From IMG/VR virus record IMGVR_UViG_3300043775_001647: a stretch of DNA of 64,000 bases; one strand, 5' to 3'. The DNA comes from an uncultured virus (IMG/VR IMGVR_UViG_3300043775_001647) (Duplodnaviria; Heunggongvirae; Uroviricota; Caudoviricetes). Shown piece by piece: positions 1 to 8,658 of this stretch. The position numbers were made by a program, and so were the translations under genes. Within the stretch, counting starts at the first letter, position 1, and every line of letters begins with the position of its first letter. The notes under the pieces are model-generated. The model saw only the letters and a program-made list of their open reading frames with translations, made no database searches and had not been told where the DNA came from.

Positions 1-222
1 GGGTAAGAAGACGTCGTCAATAAGTGTTGGGGGTGGGGCAGGATAACTTAAGATAATAGTATCAGCTAGTTGTCTCTCTGTTGCACCTATTAAATAACTA
101 CCTTGTCTCAACCTAATGCTTTGAGAGTTTAATAAAACCGCTCTTTTTTGAGGTCCTAATTTTTCAAAGATAATAACATCACCGTTTGATAATTTAATGT
201 ATGGTGGGGAGGGGTTTGCCAT
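1..222 (-). CDS. Hypothetical protein, 5' part only (runs off window start)
   Basis: ATG at 222-220 overlaps the TAA of the upstream gene (TAATG); frame MANPSPPYIKLSNG... stays open to position 1. Confidence 0.7.
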   Translation of the reverse strand, partial: MANPSPPYIKLSNGDVIIFEKLGPQKRAVLLNSQSIRLRQGSYLIGATERQLADTIILSYPAPPPTLIDDVFLP

Positions 223-1460
223 TATACTGTAAAGTTAGAGTTAGATTTAAGAAGGTCGGGATTTAATGTTAAAAGTTTCTTTAATAATGCAGGTGCTTTT
301 TTATTTAGACTTGGTATTGGGCCGCCTGAATTAGATGCTTTTAAAGAGGCTGTTACTAGTTCTTTAAGCACGTCAATCATTGTCTTTAGTAACTCTACTG
401 TTGTATCTCCAAGTAGTAAAGGTTCTTTTGCAGATTTAGATCCTAAGTATATTTTACTAGTTTGAATTATCATTTCAGAAGCATCTATGTTAACTGTTCC
501 TGCAGAACTTAAACTGATACTTTTTGCTGAACTTAATAATAGGTGATCTTCTGTTGTATTAAAGACTAGCCTTCCAGAGTTTATAATTACCTGCTTGCCC
601 GTGTATTCATCAGGTAGGGTAGGGGGATTCGATTTATAACTAAAGTAATTTGTATTTGCTAGTAGCGGTACTTTTTGAGTTGTTGTTAAGTAGATAGAAG
701 ATGCATCTGTGTTGATATCTTCTACTGTAAAATCCCATCCATTCTTAGTAGGGTTATCTGTTTGACCGTTCCTAATAATTGTTATAGCGTCTCCTTGGGT
801 GCCCACAGTGGACCAGGGGTTTTTATCAGGAGCTGTACCGCTCAACCTAATACTATTGCCCCACCTTCCTTCGTAAATTAAATCTCCTTCGAAAGGCTGT
901 AGTGGATAGATATCTGAACGTTCTTTAAAGTATTTGCCAAACCTAATTGTACCTGAAGTATCTGTTAATTTATTTGTACTTCCTAAAGCAGAGTCCTGGT
1001 AATTTTTAGAATTCTCAGGGGTTAAAGATCCTGCAGAATATGGGATAGCGTTATGATGTGGGTGATTCCAAAGATTAACTACACTAATGTAGTATAGTGC
1101 TTTTGCAGAATTCCTCTGCATTATTTTCTTTGTCGGCTGTGATACTAAGTAGACAACCTCATTTACGAGCGGATAGTTCTTAATACCGGGCTGTAAAGGG
1201 TAAGCAACTTTATAGTTTTGATTTTCAGATACTGTAGAGTAGTCTCCTGTACCTCCAGAGAGGTCAATTATCTCAACTGCACCGATAGCTTTTGGCCCAC
1301 CTAATTCTTTATACTTTGGGTGAGAGTCGTCAAGTACGACGCTAAGTACTCTCCCGGTCGAATTTAAGTTTGCTAACTTTAATGCATCAAGGGTTTTACT
1401 AGTACCGGAGGTGCTATTATTAAAACTACCATCTAGAGCTCCAAAGCCAAATTTTGCCAT
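222..1460 (-). CDS. Putative baseplate hub/spike (gp5/VgrG-like) virion protein
   Basis: 412 aa; N-terminal OB-fold-like region (YPLVNEVVYL), GDLIYEGRWGNSIRL, beta-helix-like C-terminal region (VIINSGRLVFN...ISLSS...VNID...IYLG). Confidence 0.55.
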   Translation of the reverse strand: MAKFGFGALDGSFNNSTSGTSKTLDALKLANLNSTGRVLSVVLDDSHPKYKELGGPKAIGAVEIIDLSGGTGDYSTVSENQNYKVAYPLQPGIKNYPLVNEVVYLVSQPTKKIMQRNSAKALYYISVVNLWNHPHHNAIPYSAGSLTPENSKNYQDSALGSTNKLTDTSGTIRFGKYFKERSDIYPLQPFEGDLIYEGRWGNSIRLSGTAPDKNPWSTVGTQGDAITIIRNGQTDNPTKNGWDFTVEDINTDASSIYLTTTQKVPLLANTNYFSYKSNPPTLPDEYTGKQVIINSGRLVFNTTEDHLLLSSAKSISLSSAGTVNIDASEMIIQTSKIYLGSKSAKEPLLLGDTTVELLKTMIDVLKELVTASLKASNSGGPIPSLNKKAPALLKKLLTLNPDLLKSNSNFTV

Positions 1461-1795
1461 TACTTATCTTCTTTTATATTGTTAATCTCTTTTAGTAACT
1501 GCTCCCTTTCTTCATCGGTAATCCCGAACGAGTCAGTAGCGGAGTCTTGATTCTGGAATATACGTTGGATGATTGTTGCAACCTTTACAAGTTGGTCATC
1601 ATTCTTAACTCCGATCTCTAAGTACTCTTTAATAAGAGGTACTATCAAAGTTGCATCTCCGGTATCTTCAATTAAAGGACGTAACTCAGAGATAAGAGTT
1701 GAAATCTGCTTTTCTTTCTTCTTCTGATTGTCGTAAATCTCCTCTAGAAGGTCTGCGAATTTCTTATTTTTAAAAATTAATTTATCTAAACTCAT
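1460..1795 (-). CDS. Helical hypothetical protein
   Basis: 111 aa, coupled to the downstream gene, TATTTAT motif upstream. Confidence 0.8.
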   Translation of the reverse strand: MSLDKLIFKNKKFADLLEEIYDNQKKKEKQISTLISELRPLIEDTGDATLIVPLIKEYLEIGVKNDDQLVKVATIIQRIFQNQDSATDSFGITDEEREQLLKEINNIKEDK

Positions 1796-1811
1796 GGTTA
1801 ATCTATTTTTT

Positions 1812-1818
1812 ATAAATA
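1812..1818 (-). promoter_or_regulatory. Putative late promoter TATTTAT (representative of 9 sites)
   Basis: ATAAATA on + at 1812, 4360, 5250, 5708, 42049, 46747, 50014, 51629 and 54948, each 4-33 nt upstream of a minus-strand ATG. Confidence 0.65.
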
Positions 1819-1832
1819 GAAAGTAGTACAGT

Positions 1833-2567
1833 TTAGAAGTCTGCGTACCCGTTCTCTACATAGAATGCATACTGTTTCTTATAGAGATCCCCTAGTTCGT
1901 TAGCTACTTTTGTGATTCTAGGCGTCTTAACGTCGATAATCTCCCTTATGTAAATGTAAAGAGCTTTCTTATTAAAGATTGTTATATGTTCTCTTTTTCT
2001 GAATAATTCGAGAATAGCATCTGCAATCTGTGCATCTTCATCTTTAGGGAATAACTCGTAGATGTTATCTGTACAATGCTCCACGTAGATATCTAAGAAC
2101 TCAGACACTTCATCTACCGGATGGTACACTTGAGTGTCAGCCTGTACCCCATTTACATCTAATACGTCTCCATAAACAACCTCACCGTCTTCCTGTTCCG
2201 TATTTAAGGTATCTAAGGAGAGTAACTCTAACCTCTTCTTATAATTCTTTTGATTAGAAGCAATTAGGTATCTTTTAGCTACTGTTCCGAAATAAGAATA
2301 CGCTTTAGCTCCATTCTCAGGGTTGAAGCGATCTAGTTTAGTTAGTAGGAAGGTAATTACTTCGTGCTGAAGGTCTTCTAAGTTTGTTTCCTCTGTGTAG
2401 TAGAATTTAAAAGTATGAATTAAGTTCTGTGTTAACTTATATAATGCATAGTGAATCTCTTCTCTATAAATCTTATTACGTTCTGCATAATCCTCAGTGT
2501 GCACATATTTAACTATTGCAAGTTGAGTATCGTGGGTAAAGTAATTTTTATTTTTCTTCTCGGTCAT
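1833..2567 (-). CDS. Phage sigma factor, T4 gp55-like (late transcription)
   Basis: Sigma region-2-like DLQHEVITFLLTKLDRFNPENGAKAYSYFGTVAKRYLI; N-terminal KNYF motif. Confidence 0.7.
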   Translation of the reverse strand: MTEKKNKNYFTHDTQLAIVKYVHTEDYAERNKIYREEIHYALYKLTQNLIHTFKFYYTEETNLEDLQHEVITFLLTKLDRFNPENGAKAYSYFGTVAKRYLIASNQKNYKKRLELLSLDTLNTEQEDGEVVYGDVLDVNGVQADTQVYHPVDEVSEFLDIYVEHCTDNIYELFPKDEDAQIADAILELFRKREHITIFNKKALYIYIREIIDVKTPRITKVANELGDLYKKQYAFYVENGYADF

Positions 2568-2835
2568 CGGTCAATTTAAAGTTATTTAATCTACTTTGAA
2601 TAACCTTTATTTGCTCGAAGAACCAACCGATCTCATCATCACTTTGGAATGTGCCTTTGCTATCAATTTTTTGAAGTTGTTGTTCACTGTGTTCGATAAT
2701 CTTAGATAAATTATCCATGTACAGTAAATAAGCAGTTAAAACATCTTCCTGCTTTTCATTTTTACGAAGTAAGTTGTAAGTCGTATAACCTAATACACAT
2801 ACTGCTAGACTCAATATAGTAATTAATATCGTCAT
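2548..2835 (-). CDS. Membrane-anchored hypothetical protein
   Basis: N-terminal hydrophobic helix; overlaps both neighbours. Confidence 0.75.
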   Translation of the reverse strand: MTILITILSLAVCVLGYTTYNLLRKNEKQEDVLTAYLLYMDNLSKIIEHSEQQLQKIDSKGTFQSDDEIGWFFEQIKVIQSRLNNFKLTDDREEK

Positions 2836-3623
2836 TAGTCTGTGAAAAAGTTAGACATTGCATTCTTCAAACCATCACTCTGAATATTAGATAATGCTTT
2901 GTTTTTTGCCTGTTGTTGGTGAGTTACTGGATTCTTCTGAGTAGTCTCTTTTGAAATTGAGAACTGTTTTGACTTGGGTTGTTCTGTAGGATTGACTGTC
3001 ATCTCAACTACTGAAGCCATTAGATCTGCTTGATGTAAAATATAGATAATCACTGATTTAGGTCTACTCTCTGGCATTCTGGAAATTAGATAAGCTTTGT
3101 TAGCTTCTTCATATAGTCCATCGTGAGTTTTAATAGCAAGCATCTCATTCATAGAATATTTAATATTAGCTTCCTGAAGTAAGAATAAGGACCTATCCGG
3201 GATAGTCATAAAAGCAACCTCATTGTTGTAGGAGTAAACCTCACCTAGGTTTTTCTTTCTCCATTCATCTCTTCCGGGTAAATACAAATCGTTTTGGCTA
3301 TCTCCCACTTTCCCTAAATCATGATTCATAGCAGAAAAGACTAACTCTTCAATTGTAAAGGTAGACATATCACAGCCGAACTTCTCCCAAAGTTTTGCAA
3401 AGTGTAAGGAAGCTTTAATAACACGATTAACATGTTCAATGTATCCTCCGGGGAAACAGTTGTGATACTTAGTAGTATGAGCTGCTGGCATTAAGATAAA
3501 CCTATCTACACGGTCTTCATAAAACTTACGCAAGTCTTCTTTTCTTGGAGAAGAAATATAGGTGTCAATATACCCTAGAAATTCTTCCCAATTAGATTGG
3601 ATCTGTTCTGCTGTTAAATTCAT
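2835..3623 (-). CDS. HD-domain phosphohydrolase
   Basis: YHNCFPGGYIEH...NHDLGK...THDG...HQAD metal-binding pattern. Confidence 0.85.
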   Translation of the reverse strand: MNLTAEQIQSNWEEFLGYIDTYISSPRKEDLRKFYEDRVDRFILMPAAHTTKYHNCFPGGYIEHVNRVIKASLHFAKLWEKFGCDMSTFTIEELVFSAMNHDLGKVGDSQNDLYLPGRDEWRKKNLGEVYSYNNEVAFMTIPDRSLFLLQEANIKYSMNEMLAIKTHDGLYEEANKAYLISRMPESRPKSVIIYILHQADLMASVVEMTVNPTEQPKSKQFSISKETTQKNPVTHQQQAKNKALSNIQSDGLKNAMSNFFTD

Positions 3624-3636
3624 ACTCTAAAGATAA

Positions 3637-3846
3637 TTACCTTTGTCCGGAAAAGCCACCTACTTCATTAGTAGTTGTCGGCTCCATTTCAACATACTGT
3701 CTAACTTGGTTAAGCTGTTCTTCCGCTCTTTCAATAGTTTCTAAGTATGTTTTAATTGGCTCTTGTCTTTGAACAATCTGCCTCAACACCTTTAAGGTAC
3801 TTTCTAATACCTCTACTTTGTTAATTACTTGATCTCTATATCTCAT
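3637..3846 (-). CDS. Hypothetical protein
   Basis: 69 aa ORF filling the gap between genes, coiled-coil-like. Confidence 0.7.
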   Translation of the reverse strand: MRYRDQVINKVEVLESTLKVLRQIVQRQEPIKTYLETIERAEEQLNQVRQYVEMEPTTTNEVGGFSGQR

Positions 3847-3914
3847 ATTATTATATCCCTTTTAACTTTTCCCCCCTGTCTCAAACCCCATGTATAGATG
3901 ATAAGAACTAAAAA

Positions 3915-4352
3915 CTACAAAGGCAACTTATTTTGTGAAAACTCTATAAATTCTATAATATTTTTTATAAAACTACATTTTTCATATTCCTCCAACTCTA
4001 GAAAATGGTCTAGAGCTAAAGTACAAGCCTGTAAAAAGTTATCATCTACCTTCTCTAAGAGTGTATCTATGTGAAATGAATCTTCTAAATTTAATTGAGA
4101 AAGATATGAATAAGCTCTATTAAAAATCAAGCTCTTATTGAGCTGTTCTAAATTTACTTTATCTAAATCTTTATTAATCTCGGTAAAAAACCTAATCACC
4201 TGATCATTAAGTACATCTCCCCTGAAAATAATCCGGGTAAACATTCCCATAAAGACATACGGGTGGTCTGAAAAATCTAAAATCTCTTTAACTTTCTTAC
4301 CTGACTTATCTTCAGGATCTTGAAATAATCCAAATACTAAACTAGGATCCAT
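3915..4352 (-). CDS. Hypothetical protein with C-terminal UvrB/C (UVR)-like motif
   Basis: FLELEEYEKCSFIKN; start moved to ATG 4352, just after a TATTTAT motif. Confidence 0.7.
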   Translation of the reverse strand: MDPSLVFGLFQDPEDKSGKKVKEILDFSDHPYVFMGMFTRIIFRGDVLNDQVIRFFTEINKDLDKVNLEQLNKSLIFNRAYSYLSQLNLEDSFHIDTLLEKVDDNFLQACTLALDHFLELEEYEKCSFIKNIIEFIEFSQNKLPL

Positions 4353-4412
4353 ATATATTATAAATAGGAAAAGGACACTATAAGGCATCCTTTCCAAATA
4401 TTTTAAGTTTAA

Positions 4413-5231
4413 TTATGCTTGTGGTTGACCTGGTTTAAGTATCATATTTTTATTAAAATAAGTTACAGCATTAGCAAGCATTTGAGTGTATTTAGGATCA
4501 CCTATTTCTTTAGCAGCATTGTAAGCATCAATCAGAGTTGTAAATGCCTTTTTAAACTCCGGTGAACCAGTATCGAGATCAGGAGTTCCATCCATATTAA
4601 TATCAACAGTAGTATCAGCAGTATCTTCTACAGGAGCCTCAACATCAATATTAACCTCTTCAGGAACCTCTTCTTCTTCTTTCTTAGCCTCAAAAAGAGC
4701 TTCATCTACAGACAAAGTCTTAACCTTATCCATAATATAGTCATAGATATCCTCCTGCTCAAATCCACCATCCTTTAATGCACCAATAATTCTTTTTGCA
4801 GCTGCAACCAAAACCTCAACAGAAGACTTAGAAACAGAGTTAGAGATATCCGAAGCATCCTCATTCATACCATCCATCTCACCAGAGAATTGCTTTAGAT
4901 GATCCATCATATCGTAACCAAGGTTATTATCAAATCCTGAACCTATAGATCCAGCATCATAAGCCATCTTTAAATAATGATCAACAACACTAGCTGCATT
5001 AGTAAGACCTTGAGTATCATACTCATCCATGCTACCCATCTCAGCATAAGCTTCTTGACCAATAGTCTCTTCAGGGAGCATCATCTCCTTAATCTTTGCC
5101 TTCAATTTCTCCTTAGTCATCTTTTTCATAGGAGCTTCCATTACAGGCTCTTCAGAAGTCATCTGATTAGTATACAAGCCTTCAGTCATAAGACCAGCAA
5201 GTTTCAACATTCTATTAAATTCTTTATTCAT
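4413..5231 (-). CDS. Acidic hypothetical protein, probably late/virion-associated
   Basis: 272 aa; EFNRMLKLAGL motif, E-rich; TATTTAT upstream. Confidence 0.75.
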   Translation of the reverse strand: MNKEFNRMLKLAGLMTEGLYTNQMTSEEPVMEAPMKKMTKEKLKAKIKEMMLPEETIGQEAYAEMGSMDEYDTQGLTNAASVVDHYLKMAYDAGSIGSGFDNNLGYDMMDHLKQFSGEMDGMNEDASDISNSVSKSSVEVLVAAAKRIIGALKDGGFEQEDIYDYIMDKVKTLSVDEALFEAKKEEEEVPEEVNIDVEAPVEDTADTTVDINMDGTPDLDTGSPEFKKAFTTLIDAYNAAKEIGDPKYTQMLANAVTYFNKNMILKPGQPQA

Positions 5232-5278
5232 TTTAAAAAGCGCTTTTATATAAATAGCGTCAAATTATAGAAAAGAAC

Positions 5279-5509
5279 TTAAGGTAACTCTTCCAAATAC
5301 TTGAGGGTTGCTCGATGAATCTCCTTAATACCATGAACACTGCTAAGACCTAACTCTACTTGAATAGACCCCTGGTAAACACTGAAGCTATTTATAGGAC
5401 CGTGTGGTGTTATATCACCGAGAAAGAATTTCTTACCATCCTTTAATCTTAATACACCTGTAATATACTCATCAGGTTGGATTGCAATAATTCTCCATGA
5501 ACTGTTCAT
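5279..5509 (-). CDS. Hypothetical protein
   Basis: ATG at 5509 preceded by GTT as in other genes; 76 aa. Confidence 0.65.
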   Translation of the reverse strand: MNSSWRIIAIQPDEYITGVLRLKDGKKFFLGDITPHGPINSFSVYQGSIQVELGLSSVHGIKEIHRATLKYLEELP

Positions 5510-5546
5510 AACAGTTAATATAAGTAATAAAAGTAAAAGAAGCAAA

Positions 5547-5699
5547 TTAACCTTGTCCTCTAGAAACTTTTACGTAATTTTTAGAGGTTTTAATTTTAGA
5601 CATTTTAGTCTTAGCATGAATGCCTTTTCTCTTTACCTGCTTCTTCGCAACCTTAAGTATAACAGAGGTAGATTTTGATTTTCCTTTAGTCGGTGCCAT
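5547..5699 (-). CDS. Small very basic protein (50 aa, not in ORF track)
   Basis: MAPTKGKSKS...KNYVKVSRGQG; TATTTAT motif 8 nt upstream. Confidence 0.7.
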   Translation of the reverse strand: MAPTKGKSKSTSVILKVAKKQVKRKGIHAKTKMSKIKTSKNYVKVSRGQG

Positions 5700-5718
5700 A
5701 TTCCCTGATAAATAGACA

Positions 5719-5752
5719 TAAAAAAAAGACCTACCGAGTTAACGATAGGTCT
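5719..5752 (-). terminator. Intrinsic terminator
   Basis: AGACCTA/TAGGTCT stem followed by a T-run on the minus strand. Confidence 0.65.
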
Positions 5753-5794
5753 ATAATAGTAAATTAGAAATCCCTCGACGGGTTAGACATTTGA

Positions 5795-6097
5795 TTAATA
5801 ATCCTGAGCAGATTTGCTCTTAATGTAATTTAATTGATCTGTAATTCGAAAATCTAATTTATCGATCCGAGAGTCGATCTTTCGATCTAATTCTTGATTC
5901 CGATAAGCGATCTCACGCTCTACAGTTTCTATCTGTCGATAGACATCCTGTATAGATGTTTGATGGTCACGCATTGAATTTTCAATCACCTGTTCGAGTT
6001 CGGTAACATTTTTGTCTGCCCTAAGAACCACCCTCATTAGTATTAAAATACCAACACTGACAACTCCTAGACCATAAGCTAAAATAATTTCATTCAT
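5795..6097 (-). CDS. Membrane-anchored coiled-coil protein
   Basis: N-terminal TM helix followed by coiled coil. Confidence 0.75.
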   Translation of the reverse strand: MNEIILAYGLGVVSVGILILMRVVLRADKNVTELEQVIENSMRDHQTSIQDVYRQIETVEREIAYRNQELDRKIDSRIDKLDFRITDQLNYIKSKSAQDY

Positions 6098-6117
6098 AAT
6101 TTGTTTCTTTTTTTTAA

Positions 6118-6127
6118 GTCAAAGAAC
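6118..6127 (-). promoter_or_regulatory. boxA-like antitermination motif GTTCTTTGAC (second copy at 6791-6800)
   Basis: Identical 10-mer just downstream of tRNA-Glu and tRNA-Arg; resembles the boxA consensus GCTCTTTAAC. Confidence 0.5.
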
Positions 6128-6137
6128 TTCTAATTTG

Positions 6138-6209
6138 TACTCGGTAGGGGAGTCGAACCCCTCTTACCAGGATGAAAACCTGGTGTCCTAACCGATAGAC
6201 GAACCGAGC
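6138..6209 (-). tRNA. tRNA-Glu(TTC)
   Basis: Cloverleaf; anticodon arm CCAGG-TTTTCAT-CCTGG; T-loop GTTCGAC. Confidence 0.95.
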
Positions 6210-6214
6210 GATTG

Positions 6215-6285
6215 TTACCCCTGATAGATTCGAACTACCATTAACTGGACCAAAACCAGTTGTCCTGCCGTTAGACGAAAGGGTA
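6215..6285 (-). tRNA. tRNA-Gln(TTG)
   Basis: Anticodon arm ACTGG-TTTTGGT-CCAGT; T-loop GTTCGAAT. Confidence 0.93.
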
Positions 6286-6396
6286 ATTTTGTTAGGTCAC
6301 CAACTCCACCTAACATGAGGAGATTTAACGTGATTTCTTTCTTGCACGAGAAGAACAGGCCTCCTTTGTTCACGAACCTGAACTGGTATTAAGGTG
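6286..6396 (-). ncRNA. Candidate structured RNA between tRNA-Ser and tRNA-Gln
   Basis: Stems 6291-6297/6308-6314, 6318-6322/6361-6365 and 6368-6372/6379-6383; no ORF. Confidence 0.4.
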
Positions 6397-6483
6397 CGGA
6401 AGATGTAGGATTCGAACCTACGGATGCTTTTCAACATCTTTAGTTTTCAAGACTAACGCAATCGGCCACTCTGCCAATCTTCC
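6397..6483 (-). tRNA. tRNA-Ser(TGA)
   Basis: Anticodon arm TTAGT-CTTGAAA-ACTAA; long variable arm; G discriminator. Confidence 0.95.
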
Positions 6484-6705
6484 AATTTGTGTAAGGTTCC
6501 GTTACTTACACGTGCAACATATTTAATGAGAGTGTTTTCGTTCTTGTTGCTTCCCCCTCACGAACACCGGATTTTGTAAAAGAAAAGCTTCGGGTCTTTC
6601 AGGGTTTCTGATTAAGTGCAATGAGTGACGCCTACCTACTATTAACCCTTTTTCAGTATTTAAAACACTCTACCTCTCAATTACAGCTTCACTACTTTTC
6701 CTTTG
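6484..6705 (-). ncRNA. Candidate pseudoknotted structured RNA between tRNA-fMet and tRNA-Ser
   Basis: Five complementary segment pairs, including two crossing 10-bp helices (see findings). Confidence 0.5.
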
Positions 6706-6776
6706 TTGCGGACGACAGACTCGAACTATCAACTCTGGGTTATGAGCCCAATATGTTACCATTACACCAATCCGCG
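6706..6776 (-). tRNA. Initiator tRNA-fMet(CAT)
   Basis: CAT anticodon, C1:A72 mismatch, GGG/CCC in the anticodon stem. Confidence 0.92.
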
Positions 6777-6805
6777 ATTAATTTTTATACGTCAAAGAAC
6801 TACTT

Positions 6806-6882
6806 TGGTGATCCTGACAGGATTCGAACCTGTGACCTACTGCTTAGAAGGCAGTTGCTCTATCCAGCTGAGCTACAAGATC
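6806..6882 (-). tRNA. tRNA-Arg(TCT)
   Basis: Anticodon arm ACTGC-CTTCTAA-GCAGT; encoded CCA. Confidence 0.95.
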
Positions 6883-6890
6883 GGATCAGA

Positions 6891-7073
6891 TTAATTATCT
6901 GACTTTAATTTTTCAACCTCCATGTGGAGTGAATCAGCATGAGCTTCTGAACTCTCAATAAGAGAATCGGTAGCGATAGAATCAACAGAAGTTGAATCCG
7001 TAGAAGTGGTTGAGGTCTCGTTCGAGCAAGCTGCTAAAACGACCATCACGGCGATATAGATTAGTTTTTTCAT
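6891..7073 (-). CDS. Small Ser/Thr-rich lipoprotein inside the tRNA cluster
   Basis: Signal peptide II MKKLIYIAVMVVLAA-C. Confidence 0.8.
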   Translation of the reverse strand: MKKLIYIAVMVVLAACSNETSTTSTDSTSVDSIATDSLIESSEAHADSLHMEVEKLKSDN

Positions 7074-7077
7074 AAGT

Positions 7078-7166
7078 TGGTACTACTGGCCGGGGTCGAA
7101 CCGGCACTTGCTTTACGGCAAACGGGATTTTAAGTCCCGCGGGTCTACCTATTCCCCCACAGTAGC
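7078..7166 (-). tRNA. tRNA-Leu(TAA)
   Basis: Anticodon arm CGGGA-CTTAAAA-TCCCG; long variable arm; encoded CCA. Confidence 0.95.
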
Positions 7167-7231
7167 ATTCTAGTTCGCCTTACAGGTATATATATAAATA
7201 TACGAATAACAAATAAACAGGGCAAGCCTTT

Positions 7232-7861
7232 TTAATAAATAATTGATTCACCGGCATAAAAATCTTTACCAAAGTATTCAACTGCTTTGACAGCAGTCTC
7301 AAAGTCTACCTCAAAGAACTCCCGGGCATGACCCTGGTCAGAGTCTCTACGAAATTCCTGCAGGTGACGATGGACCAGGTTTTCAACCTTATAGTCATTG
7401 GTGACCGGTAGAGCATACCTTAAGATCCATTCGGACACGGTACCGGCCGAATTGATACCGTTGATCCTTGTCTCCGGGTTTACTGCCTTACCGACCTTAC
7501 ATAAGTTAGGATATGCCTCATTGGTTAAGACGTAGACATACTTACCTGAAGTCTCAGCTCTTTCTCTGTCTTGTAACTTAAGTTTATCTTTAGCATATAA
7601 AAGTATCCAAGTGATAGAGCCGCCGCCGTCATTAGAGCGTACCTCTATATCGGATACATACTCACATCCTATGAAGTCTAAAACACTTTCCGAAGGTATC
7701 CGGGGGTACTTTAAAAGTAATTTCTGAAAGTTGTTATAGTATTCAGGTAGTTTACCGGGTACGTTAGGTACCGTACTTGGGTTCAACATGCAATATATCC
7801 TAACGAACCCTTGGGATTCAAGCATTGCTAATTCAAACAAACTAATGTGAGATCTTCTCAT
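7232..7861 (-). CDS. GIY-YIG (T5orf172/MUG113-like) nuclease-domain protein
   Basis: GKYVYVLTN...KVGKA...ETRI...ENLVHRHL...REFF; start moved to the GGTT-ATG at 7861. Confidence 0.8.
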   Translation of the reverse strand: MRRSHISLFELAMLESQGFVRIYCMLNPSTVPNVPGKLPEYYNNFQKLLLKYPRIPSESVLDFIGCEYVSDIEVRSNDGGGSITWILLYAKDKLKLQDRERAETSGKYVYVLTNEAYPNLCKVGKAVNPETRINGINSAGTVSEWILRYALPVTNDYKVENLVHRHLQEFRRDSDQGHAREFFEVDFETAVKAVEYFGKDFYAGESIIY

Positions 7862-8252
7862 AACCTTTATTGTATGTAAATATACGAAGATATACTTATA
7901 TAACCAACTATGCACTAAAAATCTTCCGGAAAAAAAAATTGAGTCTATGGGTTTTCTGACCTAGGTTACAATTTGGAATTCATAGGGGTAGTTTGGTTAT
8001 CCAAGTGTTATCACCATATTCATACTATTCATTATAAGTTACATTGTCTTTTAAAAAGACTTTGGGAGATACCTACCTTGTACTTATTATGTTATTATAT
8101 AGATATATACATTATATACTAGGATTTTGTCGGAAAAATACGCGTAGGTCTGGCTACGAGCTAACCGTATACCTACTATAGTGATATTAACTACACTTGT
8201 ATTGAGTACGTACATCGTACCTACTACCTACCTACTACCGTCTGCCTAAGAC

Positions 8253-8277
8253 AGAAAGAGCCGACCGTAGCCGACTC
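8253..8277 (-). terminator. Terminator closing the early island
   Basis: GAGTCGGC-TACG-GTCGGCTC-TTTCT on the minus strand. Confidence 0.7.
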
Positions 8278-8300
8278 CCCCCTATATGAAAACTAAAGGT

Positions 8301-8399
8301 TTAAATGTTATATAGAGCAACCACTACTATGGCTCCTATCATTGATGCTCCAAAGAGGTATAGACCTCCTATGATTGATTCTTTAATTAGATTTTTCAT
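8301..8399 (-). CDS. 32-aa membrane peptide (not in ORF track)
   Basis: MKNLIKESIIGGLYLFGASMIGAIVVVALYNI; overlaps the end of the upstream gene. Confidence 0.5.
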   Translation of the reverse strand: MKNLIKESIIGGLYLFGASMIGAIVVVALYNI

Positions 8400-8589
8400 C
8401 GGCTAAGTATATTGCGTTACATTTAGGACATCCAGCTTCATTTAAGATACTAGCATGGTTTGAACTTAGAGCTGGAGTACCACATAGGTTTCCTGTTCCT
8501 GATTTGTAGATGTGAGCAGTGTTGCTCCATACGTTACCTTTGTTCCCAAAGATTGTGTAGTTTGGTTTTAGTTCTGTTTTGTTTATCAT
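8383..8589 (-). CDS. Early hypothetical protein (H..C..CxxC possible Zn site)
   Basis: Own early promoter at 8608-8616. Confidence 0.8.
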   Translation of the reverse strand: MINKTELKPNYTIFGNKGNVWSNTAHIYKSGTGNLCGTPALSSNHASILNEAGCPKCNAIYLADEKSN

Positions 8590-8658
8590 AACCTTTTCTT
8601 TTGATACCTAAAGATAAGAAGAAAGGCTGGTTAATCCAACCTTTCCTCAAACTTTTTT

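Noticed and set aside
6484..6705. Assignment as GOLLD, ROOL or tmRNA
   Set aside because: Too short, and I could not recognise a tRNA-like domain or signature motifs; left unassigned
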